A stretch of DNA of 64,000 bases from an uncultured Verrucomicrobiae bacterium. GTDB lineage: Bacteria > Verrucomicrobiota > Verrucomicrobiia > Chthoniobacterales > JAFAMB01. The position numbers and the translations under genes are program-made. Positions 10,349 to 17,612 of the stretch are shown here, piece after piece (the first letter of the stretch is position 1; each line of letters opens with the position of its first letter). Where the stretch lies: the NCBI GenBank assembly GCA_963762565.1, contig CAVXLD010000003.1, positions 832,001 to 896,000 on the forward strand, in the 5' to 3' direction. The notes under the pieces were generated by a model, which was given only the letters and a program-made list of their open reading frames with translations, was not told the origin of the DNA and did no database searches.

Positions 10349-10600
10349 TGCGCTTGCCTTACCAGGCCAAAAGCGCGGCTGCACCACAAATCGAATGTTC
10401 CTTCTGGAGAATTGCACCCGCGCAGCGGGTTGAAGGTGCTCGTGAGGAACGCTCAACCTCCGTCACCAAGCAGTTGGTCTTCCAGTACCGGTTTTGCCGT
10501 AAAACGAGCTGTAATCGAGTTCTGGAGCGTTTTCTTTTAGTCGAATGATCCGTGGAAGGTCTAAGCGTACGATTTTTTCCGTTTCGTGTGCGGACCCCTT

Positions 10601-10662
10601 TTACTGACTACTGATCACTGTCTTACTGAATACCGCTTACTGCTCACTGCTTACTGCTTACT
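10601..10662. repeat. Degenerate TTACTGC heptamer array
   Basis: ttactga ctactga tcactgt cttactg... tandem units downstream of ppc. Confidence 0.75.
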
Positions 10663-10709
10663 CCCGTGGCCCCATCGATCGGCTAGTACGTCCCCATTTT
10701 ACGCCACGC

Positions 10710-13433
10710 CTACCCCGTGGTCCTTAGCCCGCTAGCGATCGCATTTATCGAGACCATGACCTCCGCGAATAGGCGATCCCCGTCTGCATTCGCGCCCGCA
10801 GCTATCGCTTGCCGCCAGGTTCGAAGCAGGCCGACCTGTTGCACATGAAGAGCCCGAAGACCATCCGCACGGATCTGAAGAGTCTTAGTAAAGCGGGGCC
10901 GGCGATCGGCCGAAGCGCCGCCTAGCACCTCAGAAAGCAGGTTATAGGTCAAATCAAATTCTTCTTTAATTAAAGTATAAACATGTTTAATGCCCTCATC
11001 ATCAGGACATAACGATGCATACATTTCCATGAGAGATGCTGATGCACTGCAAATATTGGTCTCCGCATTTGTCAGCACAAACCGTAAAAAAGACGAGCTT
11101 CTCCCTAGCTCCAACAGCAGTTTCCGCTTGCTCACACCCTGTTCAAGCGCTTGTAACGCTGTCCCGATTCCAAACCAACCAGGGAGGTAGTACCGCGATT
11201 GCGTCCAGCTGAAGACCCAAGGAATAGCGCGCAGATCGGCTAGCGTGTGTTGCCCCGTTCGCCGGCTTGGGCGTGAGCCAATGCTGCTCAGTTCCAACGC
11301 GTCAATCGGGGTCGCACTCCGGAAAAAGTCGATAAACTTCGGATGATTCAGCAGGTCGCGATAGGCGTTCCGGCTCACCTCCGAGAGTTCGGAGGCGATC
11401 TCGCCGGTTCGATCCAAAGGCTCCGCTTGGTTCTTTTGTCGCAGGGTTATCCCGCTGACACCAGCCAGCAGAATCTCGAGGTTGTAGGCTGCTGTGATCC
11501 GGTTCGCGTATTTCTGCGCAATGGTCTCGCCTTGTTCGGTTAAACGGACGTCGCCTCTGATGGTTTTGTGCGGGAGCGCTTCCAGGAACCGGTGGGTGGG
11601 GCCTGCACCTCGGCTGATCGTGCCGCCGCGCCCGTGGAAATAGCGGACTTGAATCCCGCAATGATCTGCCACTTTGGTGATCTCTTTCTGAGCACAGTGC
11701 AGCGCCCATTGGCTGGTGAAAATCCCGGAGTCTTTATTGCTGTCGCTATAGCCCAGCATGATCTGCTGCACCGGATATTCGCTGCCCCGAATCTCAGCTT
11801 GCAGGTCCACACTTCGCCGGACGAACGGATGCTGCAGATATTCTGTCACGATGGCAGGAGCGGCCTCCAGATCTTCAATCGTTTCGAACAGCGGAACGAC
11901 ATGGATCTCGGACGCCGGCCCGTCGGGGGTTTCGCGCCAGAGACCGACCTCGCGAACGAAAAGATAGACCACAAAAAGATCCGCGACCCCTCGGGTCATG
12001 CTGACGATCAGTGAACCAATGCCGCGTAGCCCAAACCGGTCCCGATACTCTTTGAGTACGCGATAACAACTCAGGACGGCGTCTGCCTCCGGTCCAATAG
12101 ACACGTCGGGCGCCAGGAAAGGTCGACGCGAATTCAACTCGGCCAGGAGCAGGGGAAGCCGTTCCTGTTGTGTGTGTTCGGCATACGGTTTCGGCAGGAC
12201 GATGCCGGCCGCCGCTAACAGCTGCGCAATCGCTTGATCATGAAACTGGCTGTTTTGCCGGATATCCAAAACCGCGCCATGAAACCCGAAAACGTCCACA
12301 ATCCGGATGACCGGCCAAACCTCGGTGCGGGCGATACGGGTCGCGCCGACCGCATCTAAGGCTGTGCTCAGCAAAAACAGGTCATTTCTAAGCTCGTTGG
12401 TGGAGCGATAACCTTGATCCTGAAGCGTTTGCTGAACTTTTTTCTGAATTAAAAATGCGAACTGGCGCCACGGTTCTTCGCGATACAGCACGCGCTCAAT
12501 CCCGATCGAAGTTTCTTTTGTAAGCCGTTCGATGCCTTCAACTAGAGTAGGGGGAGCTACTTGATCGTTGCCGGACAGAGTCAATTGTTCCACCACCCGG
12601 TTCATCGCGCTGATCAAGGTCGCTAGCGCCGCCTCGCGCAGTTCGAAAAATGTCTCCCGGGTAACTTGGGCTGTCACCAGCGGATGCCCGTCGCGGTCAC
12701 CGCCAACCCAGGTACCGAACCGGATCCGGGGAAAATGGTCCGGCGAATTTAACGCCTCCAGACTAAACCCCGCTTCTGACCAGGATTGCCGCAGGCGAAG
12801 ATCCACGTCCCGAAGGACGATGGGGAAAACATCCCGCAAATAATGCAACACATTCCGGCGTTCCTCGGCCACGATTGGCTTCGTCCGATGAACCTCTCCG
12901 GTACGCCAAAGACGTTCCAGGGTGACCTTGATTTCATCCCGAATCGCCACCTGTTCGTGCGGGGTGTACATCTGGTTTTCCCGCTGAACCAGAAGATAAT
13001 AGAGGGCCCGGTGCTGATCCAAGACCGCGAGCCGTTTGGCCTCGGTCGGGTGAGCAGTCAGCACCGGTTCAACCCGGGTCGATGCCAACTGAGCGGCAAT
13101 GGCGGATTCGCTGATCCCGGCTTCCTTTAAGCGCTCTAATTGATCCGCCCAAAGGCCCGGCTCGCTGGCTAAACCTAAATCCGACTCGCGCGACCGCCGT
13201 ACCTGCGCGGCTACATTCTCCTCAACCATATTCAGAAGCTGAAACGCGATGGAATAGGTTTGAGAAAGCCGCGGGTTCGGTTCCGACGAAACCTTAACCT
13301 GGCTGATCCATGGCAACGACTGCGCCAGCTCGATTTCGCCGAGTTCCTCGAGCACCTCGCGAAAGCAGTGCATCAAGAAGGAGAGGTCGTCGTAAATTTT
13401 CTCGAACCCTTTTGAAAGATAATCCGGTTTCAT
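10710..13433 (-). CDS. ppc: Phosphoenolpyruvate carboxylase
   Basis: VLTAHPT, WVGGDRDG, QIMLGYSDSNKD, FHGRGG, LRAIPWVFSW and C-terminal GLRTTG motifs. Confidence 0.97.
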   Translation of the reverse strand: MKPDYLSKGFEKIYDDLSFLMHCFREVLEELGEIELAQSLPWISQVKVSSEPNPRLSQTYSIAFQLLNMVEENVAAQVRRSRESDLGLASEPGLWADQLERLKEAGISESAIAAQLASTRVEPVLTAHPTEAKRLAVLDQHRALYYLLVQRENQMYTPHEQVAIRDEIKVTLERLWRTGEVHRTKPIVAEERRNVLHYLRDVFPIVLRDVDLRLRQSWSEAGFSLEALNSPDHFPRIRFGTWVGGDRDGHPLVTAQVTRETFFELREAALATLISAMNRVVEQLTLSGNDQVAPPTLVEGIERLTKETSIGIERVLYREEPWRQFAFLIQKKVQQTLQDQGYRSTNELRNDLFLLSTALDAVGATRIARTEVWPVIRIVDVFGFHGAVLDIRQNSQFHDQAIAQLLAAAGIVLPKPYAEHTQQERLPLLLAELNSRRPFLAPDVSIGPEADAVLSCYRVLKEYRDRFGLRGIGSLIVSMTRGVADLFVVYLFVREVGLWRETPDGPASEIHVVPLFETIEDLEAAPAIVTEYLQHPFVRRSVDLQAEIRGSEYPVQQIMLGYSDSNKDSGIFTSQWALHCAQKEITKVADHCGIQVRYFHGRGGTISRGAGPTHRFLEALPHKTIRGDVRLTEQGETIAQKYANRITAAYNLEILLAGVSGITLRQKNQAEPLDRTGEIASELSEVSRNAYRDLLNHPKFIDFFRSATPIDALELSSIGSRPSRRTGQHTLADLRAIPWVFSWTQSRYYLPGWFGIGTALQALEQGVSKRKLLLELGRSSSFLRFVLTNAETNICSASASLMEMYASLCPDDEGIKHVYTLIKEEFDLTYNLLSEVLGGASADRRPRFTKTLQIRADGLRALHVQQVGLLRTWRQAIAAGANADGDRLFAEVMVSINAIASGLRTTG

Positions 13434-14090
13434 TAGCGCCCGGAACCCATATCTCGTTGAGCACGGGAGGCTGTCAATAAGTTCAGCGCGGAAGAGTGGC
13501 TCATGACGGGAAATTCCAAGAGTTCACAAGTTATTCACAACCCTGGAAGGCATTGGATTTGTTGCCTATATCTATAACATCATACAATATATGTCATATA
13601 AAATAGAAAGGTGCGTGGCCGTTACCGTGGGTTTCCATGGCCTCAAACCCCTCCAGCTCCCACGATCGCTCCAATCGTCCTCGTCCTCGAGAAGGCGCGA
13701 TCCCCGATCCCGGAGCTACGACCCATCGCCCGTGACCACTGGTGATTGATTGGCGCAAAATTGTGTACTGCCGCCGAAATGCCCTGCTGTCAGTATACTC
13801 GGAGAGCTTAAAAACCCCGCTCTAAGCCGATTTTGGAGATTCCGGCTCCAATAAACTCGCTGCTACTGCTCCGACAGTCACGCGGCCTGCTTTTTGACAC
13901 ATGATTGTGTACTCCTCCGGCCCGGCAAGCTCTCGTCGCTCGTAGAAAAAGGGTCTCACGCCACCGGGGTTCGAAAAAGAACGCGGGTTTACTCACCAAC
14001 GGATAGGCGGAGGCGATTCCCCTTCCCTTCAAGTAATTCTCAGCTCCCACACAGATTTAGCGGATCAGCATTTGACGCCCAGGCGGTAAC

Positions 14091-14180
14091 TCAACCTACG
14101 GGCGGCTCGCGGCGCTGAAGATGAGATACGATCCGGCGAAGCTCTTCCGGGTCAAGCAGAACATCAGGCCCGGCGCGTGA
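14091..14180 (+). pseudogene. C-terminal BBE-domain remnant of an FAD-binding oxidoreductase
   Basis: Manual translation STYGRLAALKMRYDPAKLFRVKQNIRPGA*. Confidence 0.75.
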
Positions 14181-14414
14181 CGCGGCGGGGATTCGTCGAG
14201 ATGCCCGGCATCGGGGCGGAGAAGATCGCCACGATCCCTCTGTGATGGTGTGCGATGTCTTCACCCAGTCTTGCAGTGGCCAAAATTCGTTCTACCGTAT
14301 CGGCGGTCCGTCTGCGGAGTTGGAACAAGCCAGTATTGGAGACCAGTTAGCGGGGCACAGATCGGGTTTATGCAACCGAGATGGAGGGGTTGAAGTACTT
14401 CGTTGGAGCGATCT

Positions 14415-16022
14415 GTGACAGACATATTTATCAGTTATTCAAAGAAGGGCCATTCTCAGGCCGAGCAGCTTGCCCACGAGCTGCAGGCCAAGGGCTTTAG
14501 CGTTTGGTATGACACGAGTCTGGTGCCGGGCGATAGCTTCCGGGACGTGATCATGTCCGAGCTTGCACAGGCCAAGGCGGCAATCGTCATTTGGGATCAG
14601 AGCTCGGTAAAGTCCGATTGGGTCTGCTCCGAGGCCAGCCGAGCTCGCGCGCGTCGAATTCTAATCCCCGTCCGCGCCGAGGATGTGAGCTCAAACGATA
14701 TTCCTCCACCGTTTGACTGCCTGCACACCGAGTTAGTGTCCAATGGCACGGCAATCGAGGTAGCCTTGGCCAAGCTTGGCGTCCTGCCGATGCCAAGGAA
14801 CCTTCAACTTCCAGCCGACTTTGCTGACACCAGAGCAGTTGCTGTTTTACCGTTCGATAATCTGAGCAGCGATCCTGGAGAGGGCTACTTCGTCGATGGA
14901 CTTACCGAGGACATAATAACCGCGCTCGCATATTGGCGCTGGTTCCCGGTAGTGGCACGTAATTCAACCTTTGCCTACAAAGGCAAGCCCAAGAACGCCA
15001 AGGAGATAGGGCGCGAGCTGGGAGCGGCCTATTTGGTCGAAGGCAGCGCACGGCGTTCCGAAGATCAGTTCCGCATCACGGTCCAGCTGATCGAGACGGC
15101 TACAGGTCACCACCTGTTTGCTGAGCGCTACAATCGTGCAATGGCTGACGTCTTTCTCGTGCAGGAGGAGATCACTGAACGAATCGTGGCCAGCATCGAG
15201 CCGGAGATCCATCGCGCGGAGACGCGCCGCGTAGCGCGCAAGCATCCCTCTGATCTTGGCGCCTGGGATCATGCTCTCAAGGCTTTGTCCCTGCAGGAGC
15301 GAATGACTCCGGCCTGCCATGAAGAGGCCCGCGAGCAGCTGAAACTTGCGCTGGATCTCGACCCATCCTCCGCACGCGCATGGTCGCTGTTGTCGCTGTG
15401 CCATTATCATGAAGGCATCCTGGGCTGGGTCACTCCTCGCGGCGATGCGTTACGGGCTTCGCTCGAGGCAGCGGAACAGGCGGTCGCGTGCGACGACCGC
15501 GAGTGGCTGGCGCAAGGGTTGTGGGGCATGGGGCGGATGTGGATGGAGCGCGATTTCTCGTCCGCTCTCGATGGGACGGAGCGCGCCGTCACGCTCAATC
15601 CGAGCGCCCCCCTTGCGAGACACTTGCTCGCCTGCATCCTCGAATTCTCTGGTCGCCCAGCGGAGGCACTGCCTCATCTCGAAGCGATTCTTCGCCTCGA
15701 CCCGCGTTATCGTTTCCGTTCGCTGGCCCTTGCCGATCAGAGTTTGTGCCATCTGCTGCTAGGCAACTATGACGAGGCCATCTCGCTCGCCGACAAGGCG
15801 GTGCGCGCACAACCTGCCAACGTCCGAGCGCGCCAACGCCTGGTCGCCGCACTGAACCTGCAGGGACAGACCGACAACGCCCGGGCGGCCGCCGTCGAGC
15901 TGTCACGGCTGCAGGCTACCCTCGATGTCGCCTATATCGACGACACCTATCCGTTCTTACTGCCGCATGAACGCGACCTGTTCCTTGACGCGCTGCGGGC
16001 GTCAGGCCTGCTCCAGACGTGA
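14415..16022 (+). CDS. TIR domain + TolB-like domain + TPR protein
   Basis: DIFISYS...VWYD...SDWVCSE (TIR); AVAVLPFDNLSSDP..YFVDGLTEDII (TolB-like); helical TPR-like C-terminus. Confidence 0.9.
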   Translation: MTDIFISYSKKGHSQAEQLAHELQAKGFSVWYDTSLVPGDSFRDVIMSELAQAKAAIVIWDQSSVKSDWVCSEASRARARRILIPVRAEDVSSNDIPPPFDCLHTELVSNGTAIEVALAKLGVLPMPRNLQLPADFADTRAVAVLPFDNLSSDPGEGYFVDGLTEDIITALAYWRWFPVVARNSTFAYKGKPKNAKEIGRELGAAYLVEGSARRSEDQFRITVQLIETATGHHLFAERYNRAMADVFLVQEEITERIVASIEPEIHRAETRRVARKHPSDLGAWDHALKALSLQERMTPACHEEAREQLKLALDLDPSSARAWSLLSLCHYHEGILGWVTPRGDALRASLEAAEQAVACDDREWLAQGLWGMGRMWMERDFSSALDGTERAVTLNPSAPLARHLLACILEFSGRPAEALPHLEAILRLDPRYRFRSLALADQSLCHLLLGNYDEAISLADKAVRAQPANVRARQRLVAALNLQGQTDNARAAAVELSRLQATLDVAYIDDTYPFLLPHERDLFLDALRASGLLQT

Positions 16023-16105
16023 GACGCCTACTTCGATCGCTCGACAATTGTGTAGTCTTGAGCACATTTAGCGAGCCGGCTATTGCGGACACATGAGAGG
16101 AACCC

Positions 16106-17152
16106 ATGGCCAAATTCGATAGCATCTTAGGCACCGTCGGAAACACGCCTGTCGTCCGGATCAACAGGCTGAAACCTCTCGGGATCAACCTGTTCGTCAA
16201 GATTGAGGCGTTCAATCCGCTGGGGTCCGTCAAGGACCGTCTTGCGCTCGGCGTGATTGAGGCCGCAGAACGCTCAGGCGAGCTCAAGCCCGGACAGACG
16301 GTTATCGAGGCCACAAGCGGCAATACCGGCATCGGCCTTGCCATGGTGTGCGCGCAGAAGGGCTATCCGCTGGTGGTGACGATGGCGGAGCAGTTTAGCG
16401 TCGAACGGCGCAGGCTGATGCGCTTTCTCGGCGCCAAGGTCGTGCTGACACCGCAGGCAGGGCGCGGTATGGCGATGGTGACCAAGGCGATCGAGCTTGC
16501 CCGCACCCACGGTTGGTTCCTAACCCGTCAGTTCGAAAACGAGGCCAATGCCGACATGCATTCTCGGACCACAGCGCGAGAAATCGTCGAGGATTTCAGG
16601 GGCGAGAGACTTGACTACTGGGTGACTGGATACGGCACCGGCGGAACGCTTAAGGGAGTATCGCGAGTACTCGCCAAGGAGATGCCGCAGACGAAGATCG
16701 TCGTCTGCGAGCCTGAAGACGCGCAATTACTGAGCAGCGGCATCGATCAGGCGCGCAATCCCGACGGTTCACCGGCTGCCGCCCATCCGGCATTCAAGCC
16801 GCACCCGATGCAGGGTTGGACACCGGATTTCATCCCCAAGCTGACCGCCGATGCCGTGAAGCTGAACATCATCCACCGGATCATCGCCGTGCCGGGTGCC
16901 GAGGCGATCCGTTGCTCGGCGGAGCTCGCCAGCAAGGAGGGCATCTTCGTGGGAATCACCGCCGGAGCCACCTTCGCAGGAGCCTTGCGCGTGTGTGCCG
17001 ACGCCCCGAAGGGCTCAACCGTATTGTGCATGTTACCCGACACTGGTGAACGCTATCTGAGCACGCCTTTGTTTGCCAATGTGCCGGCGGACATGACACC
17101 GGAGGAGCTGGAGATTTCTAGATCGACACCGAGCGCACAATTTCCGTCGTGA
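16106..17152 (+). CDS. cysK: Cysteine synthase A family PLP enzyme
   Basis: NPLGSVKDR, EATSGNTG, GTGGT and PDTGERYLST motifs. Confidence 0.93.
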   Translation: MAKFDSILGTVGNTPVVRINRLKPLGINLFVKIEAFNPLGSVKDRLALGVIEAAERSGELKPGQTVIEATSGNTGIGLAMVCAQKGYPLVVTMAEQFSVERRRLMRFLGAKVVLTPQAGRGMAMVTKAIELARTHGWFLTRQFENEANADMHSRTTAREIVEDFRGERLDYWVTGYGTGGTLKGVSRVLAKEMPQTKIVVCEPEDAQLLSSGIDQARNPDGSPAAAHPAFKPHPMQGWTPDFIPKLTADAVKLNIIHRIIAVPGAEAIRCSAELASKEGIFVGITAGATFAGALRVCADAPKGSTVLCMLPDTGERYLSTPLFANVPADMTPEELEISRSTPSAQFPS

Positions 17153-17612
17153 CCGAGAGCGTAGTGTTAGCTTTGCGATGCGCTAGATTGTGATTTCGCG
17201 ACGATTCCGGCCGTTGAATCTCGTCTTTTAGAATTGCTGCGTTGTTTTGGTCCCGGCACTGAATTCAAATTGAGGCGCCGCAACGAACAACCTGTTGTGA
17301 TTTGGGGAAGCGCTGGAGCCAAGCAAGGAAATGATCCTGCTGCAGGTTAATTGAGTTCCATCGGCAAATCGATCTTGGGAAAAGCTTAGCAATGGGAACA
17401 GGTCAGCGGCGCTTTAAATGATAGAAGGCGAGTACCGCCCTTGGTGACCGAAAAGCCAGTCCAATAAAATGAAGGTGGAGACGGACGCTCTATAGGTACA
17501 CAGAAGATTGAGGCGGAAAGTTTCAGGGCGGCCTGAGTCTTTTGATGGGCTCGATTTTTCATGCGGCATCAGAAACCAAACGGGGTAAGATTCTCGCACT
17601 AAGGAGCATACG

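Larger units (their letters stand above)
8669..10440 (-). mobile_element. IS110 family insertion sequence
   Basis: Recombinase gene; CT(C) at both proposed junctions (8669 and 10439); subterminal IR AGGAACAT 8675-8682 / ATGTTCCT 10395-10402. Confidence 0.8.
8596..10598. mobile_element. Tn3-family miniature element (38-bp IRs) interrupted by IS110
   Basis: Left IR 8596-8633 GGGGTGCGCACACGAAACGGAAATTTAAGTACGGTAAG; right IR 10561-10598 reads GGGGTCCGCACACGAAACGGAAAAAATCGTACGCTTAG on the minus strand. Confidence 0.8.

Noticed and set aside
13500..13620. Replication origin
   Set aside because: Only one good DnaA box and no dnaA, dnaN or similar neighbouring genes.
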